The notes: generated by a model from the letters alone, not told the origin. A stretch of DNA of 64,000 bases from Planctomycetaceae bacterium (GCA_052388375.1 JBQTIG010000011.1:92080-156079), one strand, 5' to 3'; positions 22,263 through 31,650 are shown, counted from the stretch's first letter. A program made the numbers and translations.

Positions 22263-24278
22263 ATGAGAACCCAGAAGTGCGGCGGTTGCGGATCGGTGCT
22301 CGACGTTGCGCAGCTGCAGAAGGGGTCCAAGTTCGCCTGTTCCGCCTGCGGCACGGTGCTCACCGTGGGGGAGGCGACGGCGGCGAAGCGTTCCCTCAAG
22401 GACGCGGGACCGGCCTTCAAGCCGAAGGCAGCCCAGGAGAAGGAGGCCCCCGCCACCGTGCGCCGCAGTCGTCGCGCCCCCGGGGACGCGCCCGATGCCG
22501 TGGAGGCGCAGCGCAGCCGCATGCCGCTCTTCGTGGCGGGAGGAGCGATCGTCGTGGCGGTGGTGGTCGCGATCGCGCTCGGCTCCGGCAAGGGAGGGGG
22601 CGGCGGCGGGACGATGACAGGGGGAGGGGGCGGGGGCGGCGCGGCCCGCGAGCCCGCGCCGGTGAAGGTGCCGCCGGACCAGTGGTGGCTCCAAGCGACG
22701 ACCAATCCCGACCGCTCGCCCAAGACCCTCGACGCCGCGGCGATCGAGACGATCCTCGCCGAGGCGCAGCGGAGCGGGTTCACCGCAGACCCTGGCTTCT
22801 GGAAGCCCAAGGCGGAGAAGCTCTACGGCGATCTCCTCAAGCTCAAGCCGTCCCATCGCGCGGCCAACGAGTTCTTCGGGCGTAAGTCCTTGCGGGACTA
22901 TCCCGGCTTCGCCGACGTCTGGCGCTCCATGGAGGAGAGCTTCCGCGAGCTTCCGCGCGAGCGGCGCGACCTCCTCACGGCCTACGAGGAGCGGGTGCAG
23001 CAGGGGGATCCGCTCTGGATGAGCCCCGAGGAGTACGAAGCGGAGAAGGCTCGCTTGGACGACTTCGTCGCGTGGAAGAAGCAGTGCGATGCCGACCCGA
23101 TCTTCAAGGAGATCCAGGCGGGCATCGTGCGCGTCCTCGAGACCGATCCGGTCCTCTCGCACTACGGCGCCACCTACATCGACGCCCACCCCTTCATTCT
23201 CTTCGTCGGCTCGCGCGAGCTCTTTCCCCAGCCGGTCCAGGGGGAGACCGCCGAGGAGGCGAAGGCGCGCATCGCCAAGAAGACCGAGGAGCTGCAGCCG
23301 CGCCTCCAGCGGCTGCGCATGCTCTACCGGGCCTACGTCGCGAACTTCGAGGAGCGCTACCGCAAGCCGCTGGGCCTCCCGGAGTTCAAGCCCACCGACC
23401 TGCTCTTCCAGTGGGTCTTCGAGGATCGCGAGGGGTTCGATCGCTACAACAAGGACGCCACAGGGCACGAGATCGCCGGCGGCATCCTGGGCTACTTCTC
23501 GCCGAAGAACCGCTGGGTCTTCCTCTACGAGCGCGAGGACGCGGAGGCGGAGGGGATCAGCAACGAGAACGTCATGGCCCACGAGTCCACCCACCAGATC
23601 CAGTGGTTCTTCTCCAAGGATCCCGAGAAGCGGGGCGTGAACTACAGCGAGGAGTTCGAGTCGGCCTGGTTCGGGGAGGGCTGGGCCGAGTACGTGGGCG
23701 GATCCTGCCGCACCCATCCCGAGACCGGGGAGACCCAGTTCTCCTGGTATGCCCTCGGGCGCGCGGACTGGCTCCGCTTCATGAAGAAGAACGGCATCCC
23801 GCTCATCCCCATCCGCTACCTGGCGGAGCGCGGCAACTACTCCGAGTTCAACCTGTGGATCGCGAACTTCTGGCTGGAGGAGGCGCGCAGCAAGGCCTCC
23901 GAGGCGGCCGAGAAGTTCCTCAACCAGCCGGTCTACTTCAGCTCGCTCTACGCGCAGGCCTGGTACTTCGTCTACTTCCTCAATGAGTTCGAGAACGGAA
24001 AGTACCGGAAGCCCTTCCTGGGGTTCGTCCTCACGGCCATGCGCGGCCGCCAGAAGCCGGCGGCCTACCGTAGCGATCCCGCCGTGGCGGAGCGCTGGCC
24101 CAGCGTCATCAGCGCCTTCGAGGAGATCTTCGCGATGAAGACCCCGGAGGACTGGGAGCGTCTCCAGCGGGAACATGACCAGTTCCTCGAGAAGGTCCTG
24201 CAGGATGCGCCGGTGCCCAAGAAGCGTGAGGGGGCGAAGAGCGAGGAGGGCGCGAAGAGCGACGAGGGGGGGGAGTAG
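22263..24278 (+). CDS. Zinc-ribbon/TM/DUF1570-like putative zinc metalloprotease (HExxH)
   Basis: MRTQKCGGCG..CSACG zinc ribbon, TM, poly-Gly linker, HESTHQ metal-binding motif plus downstream EGWAEY; strong RBS AAAGGAA; internal Met of ORF 20850..24278. Confidence 0.68.
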   Translation: MRTQKCGGCGSVLDVAQLQKGSKFACSACGTVLTVGEATAAKRSLKDAGPAFKPKAAQEKEAPATVRRSRRAPGDAPDAVEAQRSRMPLFVAGGAIVVAVVVAIALGSGKGGGGGGTMTGGGGGGGAAREPAPVKVPPDQWWLQATTNPDRSPKTLDAAAIETILAEAQRSGFTADPGFWKPKAEKLYGDLLKLKPSHRAANEFFGRKSLRDYPGFADVWRSMEESFRELPRERRDLLTAYEERVQQGDPLWMSPEEYEAEKARLDDFVAWKKQCDADPIFKEIQAGIVRVLETDPVLSHYGATYIDAHPFILFVGSRELFPQPVQGETAEEAKARIAKKTEELQPRLQRLRMLYRAYVANFEERYRKPLGLPEFKPTDLLFQWVFEDREGFDRYNKDATGHEIAGGILGYFSPKNRWVFLYEREDAEAEGISNENVMAHESTHQIQWFFSKDPEKRGVNYSEEFESAWFGEGWAEYVGGSCRTHPETGETQFSWYALGRADWLRFMKKNGIPLIPIRYLAERGNYSEFNLWIANFWLEEARSKASEAAEKFLNQPVYFSSLYAQAWYFVYFLNEFENGKYRKPFLGFVLTAMRGRQKPAAYRSDPAVAERWPSVISAFEEIFAMKTPEDWERLQREHDQFLEKVLQDAPVPKKREGAKSEEGAKSDEGGE

Positions 24279-24280
24279 CG

Positions 24281-24730
24281 CTACTTACCCTGGGGCTGCC
24301 AGAGTTCGTAGCCGGGGAGGCGCTCCCGCATCCGGGCCAGCGCCTCCTCGTCCCCAGCCTCGCTGAAGGCGCGGAACGCTTCGCGCCAGCGGCCCGCTTT
24401 CTCCGCGGCGCAACCGGCCTTCTTCCACTCCGCAGCGGCGACCGCGCGACCCTCCCTGCGGAGCGCGAGCAGGAGGATCACCTGCCCCTCCTCCGCCGCT
24501 CGCTGCGAGAGCCGAGCGATTCCGGGTTCGTCGTGAGCGAGCAGTAAGAGATCGAGCGCCTCGGTCAGGCGCCCCGCCCGTTCGAGGCTCGCAGCGGCGG
24601 CGATGCGCTCGGCGGAAGTCGTCTTGAGCGAGTACTTGATCTCCCGGAGCTCGAGCGTGTTGGGGAGTCCATCAGCCATGGGGGAACTATACCGCGACGC
24701 TCCCTCGGGCCTCGTGTCGTCGTAACTCAT
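24281..24730 (-). CDS. Hypothetical helical protein
   Basis: ORF 149 aa (or 132 aa from MADGLPN); no recognisable family; convergent with previous gene. Confidence 0.4.
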   Translation of the reverse strand: MSYDDTRPEGASRYSSPMADGLPNTLELREIKYSLKTTSAERIAAAASLERAGRLTEALDLLLLAHDEPGIARLSQRAAEEGQVILLLALRREGRAVAAAEWKKAGCAAEKAGRWREAFRAFSEAGDEEALARMRERLPGYELWQPQGK

Positions 24731-24824
24731 TGTGCGTGAAACGGTTATGTTTACGGATCGATGGGCTCGCGTGCCAAGTGAGCGTAAACCCTTGCCACTT
24801 CGCGGGTTGCCGAAAAAAATGGCG

Positions 24825-24852
24825 TTGACTGCGGCAGGAGGGAGTCTAGATT
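24825..24852 (+). promoter_or_regulatory. Sigma70-like promoter (TTGACT-16nt-TAGATT) upstream of HU-like gene
   Basis: Located in AT-richer 195-bp intergenic region about 75 nt upstream of ATG at 24927. Confidence 0.4.
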
Positions 24853-24926
24853 CAGGGACGTAAGAGCCGATGGATAAAGGATATAAGGCGTTCCGGCTCT
24901 AGCCGACCGGAAATGAGTGACCAAGC

Positions 24927-25319
24927 ATGACCGGTGAGCAACATTCCTCCCCCTCCCGCGGCCCCTCGGCCGTTCCCGGGGTCGCAGCACAGCGGCCCCA
25001 TGCCCCTCCCGCCCGGGTCTCCCGCGACGACGACTCCACCATCACGAAAAAGGAGTTGGTGAGCCGGATCGCGGATCGCACGGGCCAGACGAAGGTGATC
25101 ACCAAGGACATCATTCAGATGTTCCTGGACGAGATCATCACGGAGCTGGCCCGCGGCAACCGGCTCGAGTTTCGCGAATTCGGGGTGTTCGAGATCAAGA
25201 AGCGGGCCGCACGAAAGGCGCAAAACCCTCGCACCCTCGAAAAGGTGAGCGTCCCGGCCAAGAAGATCGTGAAATTCAAGGTCGGACGGCTCATGAAGGA
25301 GCGCGTCGGACTCGCCTAG
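24927..25319 (+). CDS. HU/IHF family DNA-binding protein with N-terminal extension
   Basis: C-terminal 95 aa match HU/IHF fold (KKELVSRIADRTG..., RNPRT arm); 35-aa N-terminal Pro/Ala-rich extension. Confidence 0.8.
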   Translation: MTGEQHSSPSRGPSAVPGVAAQRPHAPPARVSRDDDSTITKKELVSRIADRTGQTKVITKDIIQMFLDEIITELARGNRLEFREFGVFEIKKRAARKAQNPRTLEKVSVPAKKIVKFKVGRLMKERVGLA

Positions 25320-25637
25320 GGCCGGCGGGTTCGCGGGATGCGGCCCGCGCAGGTCGCCGGCTCGCCTCGACCGCATCGTGGGACCCGCCGTCGCGGGGGC
25401 TGGAGCTGCTCCTCCGGAAGGCTCCCCTCCCGGCGTACTCCCGCGCGGCCATGGCCCTCAGTGCCGGCGACCCTGTCCGGCCTGGGGCGCGAGCGCCCGG
25501 CAAGGCCCCCCCCGGTCTTGCTCTCCTCGACCATGGGGGGCGGGAGAGTACGAGCGTCCCGGTTCGATGCCTCTCCCGGGGCCGGGCCGCACGATCTCTC
25601 CTGAAACTCGCCGCGTCCGCCCGTTTACAATCGGGAC

Positions 25638-26762
25638 ATGCCCCCCGAAAAGGCGAGCCTCGTTCCCGGGGAGATCCAGCTTCACTTCTGTCAGCGCTGC
25701 GGGATCTCCATCCCGGTCACGGAGGTGGCGAGCGGGAGAGCCACGGCTGCGCCCGGCGGGTACGTGTGCAGCACCTGCACGAGCGCGGAGGCGCCGGCCA
25801 CGGGCGCTCCCGTCTCCGCGAGGCAGGGGCTGGGAGCCGTCGCCGTCGCGGCGTTGCTTTTCCTGGTCGGGGCGACCGCCTTTCTCCTCTATCGCGAGAC
25901 GACACGCACCGCTCCCGTCCTGAAGCTGCCGCCCACGGCGGCACCCGAGGATGTGGCGGGGGTGAGCCGCCGCCTGGAAGAGGCGCAGCAGCGCTCGCGC
26001 GAGGGCTTCGTCGCGCTTTCCGAGGCGCTGCAGGCGCAACAGCAGCGGATCGATGCGCTTCGGCGAGACCAGGCGGAGGCGGAGCAGGCGGCCCTGGACC
26101 GCGAGAAGGCCTCCCTCGAGCGCGATCGCAATCTCCTCGCGGCCATCGACGCGCTGGCCAGCCGCACCGGCATCAGCCGAGGCGACCTGACGGAGATCCT
26201 GGCGCGCGAGATGGAGAAGTTCCGCAGGGAGGCCGCCGCGCAGAAGACGACGCAGCCCACCCCGACGGAGACGCCGAAACAGCCCGATCCGCCGCCGGTC
26301 GATCCGCGGCAAGCGGAGCAGGATCGCCTGGTCCGGGAATACGTCTTGAAGCTGCAGTCCAAGGAGGCCACCCCGCGGGAGCGCTACACCGCGGCCGTCC
26401 GGCTGGGCGAGCTCATGGACCCCTCCGCCATCACTCCCCTCATCCAGGTGCTGGAGAGCGACGAGGACGATCTCGTCTTGCGCGGCGCGGCCTGGTCCCT
26501 CGGGAAGTTCGGGAAGGTCGCGGTGCGGGCGATTCCCGCCCTCATCAAGCAGGTCGGCGAGAAGCGTGAATACGTCGGCTACATGTGCGACCGCGCCCTG
26601 AGCGACATCTCCCTCGACGCGCTCGGCGCCAGGATCACCTTCGGCTACGACCCGACGATGACTTCCAAGCAGCGGCGCGCTATCGAGAAGCAGTGGGAGG
26701 AGTGGTGGACGAAGAACCGCCCTCTTCTCGAACGGGAGGGCGGTTCGGCGGGAGCCGGCTGA
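25638..26762 (+). CDS. Zinc-ribbon/TM/coiled-coil/HEAT (PBS-lyase-like) repeat protein
   Basis: N-terminal CQRCG..CSTC, one TM helix, long coiled coil (QQRIDALRRDQAEAEQ), C-terminal HEAT-like repeats (DEDDLVLRGAAWSLGKFG). Confidence 0.6.
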   Translation: MPPEKASLVPGEIQLHFCQRCGISIPVTEVASGRATAAPGGYVCSTCTSAEAPATGAPVSARQGLGAVAVAALLFLVGATAFLLYRETTRTAPVLKLPPTAAPEDVAGVSRRLEEAQQRSREGFVALSEALQAQQQRIDALRRDQAEAEQAALDREKASLERDRNLLAAIDALASRTGISRGDLTEILAREMEKFRREAAAQKTTQPTPTETPKQPDPPPVDPRQAEQDRLVREYVLKLQSKEATPRERYTAAVRLGELMDPSAITPLIQVLESDEDDLVLRGAAWSLGKFGKVAVRAIPALIKQVGEKREYVGYMCDRALSDISLDALGARITFGYDPTMTSKQRRAIEKQWEEWWTKNRPLLEREGGSAGAG

Positions 26763-27243
26763 TCCGACGCAGCGCCGCCGCGAACGGATCGCTGCCCCCG
26801 CGAGCCTCCAGCTCCTCCAGCGCCACGCCGCCCGCCCCGAACGTCTCGAGGAACGCCAACAGCTCCAGGGCTCCCTGGATGCCCCGGACCCGGGAACGCT
26901 GCGCCTCGGCGTGCAGGAGGGCATAGGCGCGCGCCGAGGGCAGCACCTCGCGCAGGTCGAAACGGAGGGACTTCCCCTCGGGCAGCGCGGCAAGCGCGCG
27001 GCGCAGGATGAGGACGCTGTCGGCGGCCTCCCCTCCCTCCGCCGCCACCGCCACTCCGAGGAAGGCGAGCGCCACGGGCTGCCTCGGGGCGCGGAGCACG
27101 CACTCGGAGAGCGCGGCCCGCGCGCGAGCGTAGAGCCCCACGCGGAGGTAGCCGACTCCCGCCTCGAAGTAGGCGGGGGCGTCGAAGTCCGCGGAGGCGC
27201 TGGACGCCAGGGCGAGGAGGAGGGCAGGGGTGGGCCGCCTCAT
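26680..27243 (-). CDS. Secreted TPR-like protein, last gene of the spt/bCerS operon
   Basis: 187 aa from MRRPTPALLLALASSASA signal peptide; 4-nt ATGA overlap with upstream gene; 3' end overlaps convergent gene by about 80 nt (true stop uncertain). Confidence 0.45.
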   Translation of the reverse strand: MRRPTPALLLALASSASADFDAPAYFEAGVGYLRVGLYARARAALSECVLRAPRQPVALAFLGVAVAAEGGEAADSVLILRRALAALPEGKSLRFDLREVLPSARAYALLHAEAQRSRVRGIQGALELLAFLETFGAGGVALEELEARGGSDPFAAALRRISRLPPNRPPVREEGGSSSTTPPTASR

Positions 27244-28340
27244 CCCGAACTTGGACGCTCTCGCCCCCTCCCCCCTTCCGCAAGATCCTTCTCGAAGAGC
27301 CGCCAGCGCTTGTAGGGATGGAGCCCGTAGTGCCCCAGGCCGTTGAGGAGCGCGGCGTTGTGCTCGAGCACCCAGGAGGCCTCGCACCAGTCGTACCGCT
27401 CGCGGATCCTGCCGAAGCTGTCGGCGAGGAGGAGCGCCTCGAGCCCGCGCATGCGGCGGTTCGGGACGACGCCGAGAGCCACGCAGCGCGCCCGCCGCAC
27501 CGTCTTGCGCGCCCGGAGGAAGTGGAGCCATCCCAGGGGGAACATGCGGCCTCGGCAGCGACGCGAGACCACGTTCAAGTCGGGCAGCGAGAGGAGGAAC
27601 CCGACCGCCTGGCCGTCGAGCTCCGCGACCCGCACGAGATCGGGGTCGAGGATCGCCTTCAGGTCCTTGGCCTTGAAGGCGAACTCCTCCGGCCCTACGG
27701 GGACGTGCCCCCAGTTGGAGTCCCAGGCGGCGTTGTAGACGCGGCGGATGCGCTCGACCTCGTCCAGAAACCGCCGCGCATCGATGGGCCGTACGGTGAC
27801 GTTCTTGCGCCGCGCCAATTCGGCGAACGCGCGGGTGCGGTCGAACCCCTTGTCCACGAGACGCCCGGCCACCCCGAGGAGGTCCTGGGCGCCCACGTAG
27901 CCGGCCCGCTCCCACATCGCGACCTGGTAGGCGGGGTTCCAGGTGGTATCCACGACGGGAGGCGTGTCGAAGCCTTCCACGAGAAGGCCCGCGGTGTCGT
28001 GGATGGAGTAGTTGAGAGGACCGCGCGCCAACCTGAGGCCGCGCGACGCCAGCCAGGCCTCGGCGGCGGCGAAGAGCGAGGAGGCCGTCTCCTCGTCGTC
28101 CGCGCAGTCGAAGAAGCCGAGGACGCCGCAGCCCGGCACCCGCGCCTCCAGATCGCGATCGTGGCAGGCGCCGATCCGGCCCACCGGCCGCCCTCCGCGC
28201 CGAGCCAACCACTCCGCCCCCTCCGCATGACGCCAGAAGGGGTTGCGCCGGCGGTCGAGCACGGCGTCCACCGATGCCCGGATGGGGGGGATGAAGGCGG
28301 GATGGTCGCCGTGCAGAAGTTCGGGAAGGTCGCGGAACAT
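27240..28340 (-). CDS. GNAT/FemAB-like acyltransferase, candidate bacterial ceramide synthase (bCerS)
   Basis: 366 aa from MFRDLPELLHG; Acetyltransf_6/BioF2-like C-terminal block; immediately downstream of spt as in Caulobacter-type sphingolipid loci. Confidence 0.6.
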   Translation of the reverse strand: MFRDLPELLHGDHPAFIPPIRASVDAVLDRRRNPFWRHAEGAEWLARRGGRPVGRIGACHDRDLEARVPGCGVLGFFDCADDEETASSLFAAAEAWLASRGLRLARGPLNYSIHDTAGLLVEGFDTPPVVDTTWNPAYQVAMWERAGYVGAQDLLGVAGRLVDKGFDRTRAFAELARRKNVTVRPIDARRFLDEVERIRRVYNAAWDSNWGHVPVGPEEFAFKAKDLKAILDPDLVRVAELDGQAVGFLLSLPDLNVVSRRCRGRMFPLGWLHFLRARKTVRRARCVALGVVPNRRMRGLEALLLADSFGRIRERYDWCEASWVLEHNAALLNGLGHYGLHPYKRWRLFEKDLAEGGRGRERPSSG

Positions 28341-28381
28341 CCGGCGGGCCCGCCGGCCGCCGACCCGCTCCAGGACCAGCG

Positions 28382-29563
28382 TCACTGGAGGATCTGGAGC
28401 TCGCGTCCAACGCGCGCGAACACTTCGAGGCAGCGTGTCAGCTGTTCGCGGGTGTGGGTCGCCATGTAGGAGGTGCGCAGGAGGGATTGGCCCTGCGGGA
28501 CCGCGGGCGGGACCACCGCGTTCGTGAAGACGCCCTGGTCGAAGAGCGTGCGCCATGCCATGAAGGTCGCGGCGTCGTCGCCGATGCGGAGGGGGATGAT
28601 GGCGCTTTCGCAGCCGTTGGTGTCGAAGCCGAGCTCCGCGAACCCCCTCTTCATGAACTCCACGTTGGAGCGCAACCGTTCGCGATGCTCGGGCTCGCGC
28701 TCCATGAGGTCCAGGGCGGCCAGGGCGGCCGCCGCGCTGCTCGGCGTGATGGCGGCGCTGAAGATGAGCGCCCGGGCGGTGTGCTTGACGTAGTGGATCA
28801 CATCCTCGTCGCCCACCACGAAGCCCCCCAGGCTGGCGAAGGACTTCGAGAAGGTGCCGGTGATTAGATCCACGTCGAGGCCGAAGTGTTCGCAGGTCCC
28901 GCGCCCGCCCCGGCCCAGCACGCCGACGCCGTGAGCGTCGTCCACCAGGACCTTGGCGCCGTGCTTCTTGGCCACGGCGCAGAGGCGCGGGAGGTTGACG
29001 AGGTCGCCGAGCATGGAAAAGACCCCGTCGGTCACGACCAGCTTGCCCGCCTCCGGATCGCACTGCCCCAGGAGGCGATCCAGATCGTCCATGTCGTTGT
29101 GCCGGTACTTCTTGATGGTCCCGAAGCTGAGCCGCGCGCCGTCGAAGATGGAGGCGTGGTTCTCCCGATCGCAGAAGACGAAGTCGTTCTTCCCGGCCAG
29201 GACGCTCAGGACCCCCAGATTGGTCTGGAATCCGGTGCTGAAGGTGAGGGCCGCTTCCTTGCCGAAGAAGGCCGCGAGGCGCCGTTCGAGCTCGACGTGC
29301 AGCTCCAGCGTCCCGTTCAGGAAGCGCGACCCGCTGCACCCGGTTCCGAACTCGTCGATCGCCGTTCGGGCGGCCTGCTGGACGCGGGGGTGGTGCGTCA
29401 GGCCCAGGTAGTTGTTGGACCCGATCATGACCATCCGCCGCCCCTCGATCGTCACTTCGGTGGCGTGGTGCGAGAGGGAGATGGGGTGGAAGTAGGGATA
29501 GAGATTCGCCGCCTGGATCTCCTTGGGGCGGGTGTATCGCTGGCACTTGTCGAAGAGGCTCAC
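28382..29563 (-). CDS. spt: Serine palmitoyltransferase / alpha-oxoamine synthase family PLP enzyme
   Basis: 393 aa from GTG (VSLFDKCQRY...); AOS motifs GSNNYLGL, GTFSKS (PLP lysine), conserved His; genomic context with bCerS and CerR-like genes. Confidence 0.78.
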   Translation of the reverse strand: MSLFDKCQRYTRPKEIQAANLYPYFHPISLSHHATEVTIEGRRMVMIGSNNYLGLTHHPRVQQAARTAIDEFGTGCSGSRFLNGTLELHVELERRLAAFFGKEAALTFSTGFQTNLGVLSVLAGKNDFVFCDRENHASIFDGARLSFGTIKKYRHNDMDDLDRLLGQCDPEAGKLVVTDGVFSMLGDLVNLPRLCAVAKKHGAKVLVDDAHGVGVLGRGGRGTCEHFGLDVDLITGTFSKSFASLGGFVVGDEDVIHYVKHTARALIFSAAITPSSAAAALAALDLMEREPEHRERLRSNVEFMKRGFAELGFDTNGCESAIIPLRIGDDAATFMAWRTLFDQGVFTNAVVPPAVPQGQSLLRTSYMATHTREQLTRCLEVFARVGRELQILQ

Positions 29564-29751
29564 GTGGGATTCTCGAACCGGGCGGGCGATTTTCCCCTCG
29601 TCCCTGCGGTACCGCCGGGGAGACCGTGCCGACCCATAAGCTACCAACCCTTCAAGCCGCGAAAGGGCCGCGGTATTCCTATCTCGCCCCCTAGGGGGTG
29701 TCAATAGAATAGTACCCCTCGGCGACCCCTCGAACGGGCGCAACACCTTAT

Positions 29752-30792
29752 ATGCAAAGCAGAAAGGTCAATCGCGTGCTCGTGACGGGGGGCCACGGCT
29801 TCCTGGGCAGCCACCTCGTCGACCTGCTCCTGCGGCGCGGCTGCGAGGTGCGCTGCCTCTTGCGGCCCGGGCGGGGTGAGGCTGGGTTCCGTGGCCTGCC
29901 GGTGGAAGTCGTGCGGGGTGATCTGCGGCGGGCCGAGGGGCTCGAAGCTGCGGTGGAGGGGGTGGAGACGGTCTACCACGTCGCCGGCCTCATCGCCGCG
30001 CGCAGACCGGCCGACTTCTATGAGGTGAACGAGGGAGGCACGCGCAGACTGGCCGCGGCTGTGGCGCGTGCGAACCCGGGCTGCCGCCGATTCGTTCTCG
30101 TCTCGAGCCAGACCGCGGGGGGCCCCAGCCGGGACGGGACGCCGGTGCGCGAAGAGGATCCTGCGCGCCCGCTCAGCCACTACGGCCGGAGCAAGCTGGC
30201 CGCCGAGCGAGCCCTCCCCGGCGCCCTGGGCGGGGTTCCCCATGCCGTCCTCCGCGCCCCTGCGATCTACGGCCCGCGGGACGAGGCGATCTTCCCCTTC
30301 TTCCAGATGGCACGCTCCGGGCTCCGCCCCGGGCTGGAGGGACGCGGGCGGCGGTTCAACCTCCTCCACGCGGAGGATGTCGCCGAGGCGATCCTCCTCG
30401 CAGGGACGCGCGGGGAGGCAAGAAACCGGCTCTACTATCTGGCCGAGGGACCTGGGTGCACCCACGGGGAGGTGGGGGAGGCGCTCTCCGCGGCGTACGG
30501 GAGACGACTGCGCAGGGTTCCCCTCCCCGACCTCCTCCTCGACCTCGCGGGCGTGCTCACCGACGAGCTGGCGGGGCTCCTGGGGCGGACGCCGGTATTC
30601 GGGCGGGACAAGGCGAAGGATCTCAAGGCGCGCTTTTGGGTCTGTTCCGCGCTGCGTGCCGGTCGCGAGCTCGGGTGGACCCCCCGGATCACGCTCCAGG
30701 AGGGCATGGCGGCCACGGCGCGCTGGTACGAGGAGCAGGGGTGGATTCGCGCGAGGCCAGGGGGGCGGGGCCCGGGGGCGGGCGCGCTATGA
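29752..30792 (+). CDS. NAD-dependent epimerase/dehydratase (extended SDR), candidate ceramide/3-ketosphinganine reductase (CerR-like)
   Basis: VLVTGGHGFLGSHLV Rossmann, YGRSK catalytic motif; divergent from spt. Confidence 0.62.
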   Translation: MQSRKVNRVLVTGGHGFLGSHLVDLLLRRGCEVRCLLRPGRGEAGFRGLPVEVVRGDLRRAEGLEAAVEGVETVYHVAGLIAARRPADFYEVNEGGTRRLAAAVARANPGCRRFVLVSSQTAGGPSRDGTPVREEDPARPLSHYGRSKLAAERALPGALGGVPHAVLRAPAIYGPRDEAIFPFFQMARSGLRPGLEGRGRRFNLLHAEDVAEAILLAGTRGEARNRLYYLAEGPGCTHGEVGEALSAAYGRRLRRVPLPDLLLDLAGVLTDELAGLLGRTPVFGRDKAKDLKARFWVCSALRAGRELGWTPRITLQEGMAATARWYEEQGWIRARPGGRGPGAGAL

Positions 30793-31214
30793 TGCGCGCT
30801 GCCATGGGACCCGGCCCCCTCCTCCTCGCGGCGCTGCTTCTCGCCGGCTGCCGCGGTGTCGAGACCTCCTATCGCTACCCCGACGACCTCTGGCACCCCA
30901 ACTACGTGAAGCGCACCAAGGCGGCGCGGGAGTTCGCGGCGCGCTCCGATGCCACCCAGCTCCCCCGCGCCTTCGATCTCCTCCTCGACCGCGAAGACCA
31001 CATCCGGGACATGGCCTACCTTACCCTCCGCACGCTGTCCGCCGGCGGAAGGGACTTCGGCTACAAGCCCTGGATGCCGGAGCCGGTGCGGGAGGGGATC
31101 GTGGCGCGCTGGCGCGCCTGGTGGGAGGCGGGGCAGCCGGGCGAGGCCGGCGCGCCGGCCGCGCCTCCCGCCGCCGACGCCCCGGCGGATGGCGGAGGGG
31201 CGGCGCGTGGCTGA
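30789..31214 (+). CDS. Small lipoprotein of unknown function
   Basis: MMRAAMGPGPLLLAALLLAGC lipobox; ATGA overlap with preceding gene. Confidence 0.5.
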   Translation: MMRAAMGPGPLLLAALLLAGCRGVETSYRYPDDLWHPNYVKRTKAAREFAARSDATQLPRAFDLLLDREDHIRDMAYLTLRTLSAGGRDFGYKPWMPEPVREGIVARWRAWWEAGQPGEAGAPAAPPAADAPADGGGAARG

Positions 31215-31650
31215 AGGCTGGCGCGGCATCCGGGTCACGATCCCCTCGGAGATCCGTTTCCTGGGCCCCATCCGGATCATGATCGACGAGGCGTGCGGCA
31301 TCGCGGGGCTCTCCGAGGAGGATCGCGCGGAGGTGCAGCTCGCGGTGCAGGAGGGCTGCGCGAACGTGATCCGCCACTGCTACAAGTGCGAGGCCGGCAA
31401 GCGGATCGATCTGCGGGTGAGCTTCCTCGAGGACTCGCTGGAGATCCGCGTGGACGACTACGGGACCTTCGTGGATCCTGCGCAGATCCGTGGCCGGGAG
31501 CTGGAAGACGTGCGGCCCGGCGGTCTCGGCGTGCACCTGATGCGCAAGTCCATGGATGAGGTCCGGTACGACAAGAACGCCTGGGGCGGGACCACGCTGA
31601 CCCTGGTGAAGCGGTTTGGCAAAGACGGCGGCGCGAAGGAGAACGAATGA
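31189..31650 (+). CDS. Anti-sigma regulatory factor, GHKL Ser/Thr kinase (RsbW/SpoIIAB-like)
   Basis: 153 aa; N-box QEGCANVIRHC, G1 VDDYG, G2 GGLGVHLM. Confidence 0.75.
   Translation: MAEGRRVAEGWRGIRVTIPSEIRFLGPIRIMIDEACGIAGLSEEDRAEVQLAVQEGCANVIRHCYKCEAGKRIDLRVSFLEDSLEIRVDDYGTFVDPAQIRGRELEDVRPGGLGVHLMRKSMDEVRYDKNAWGGTTLTLVKRFGKDGGAKENE

Noticed and set aside
19900-24176. ORFs 19900..22221(-) and 22089..24176(-), 773 and 695 aa
   Set aside because: They lie antisense to the two DUF1570-like genes, have Arg-rich composition and no motifs.
24272-24285. 10-bp perfect palindrome GTAGCGCTAC spanning the convergent stop codons of two genes
   Set aside because: It is likely a coincidental consequence of two TAG stops placed back-to-back. 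It is too short to call a terminator or binding site.
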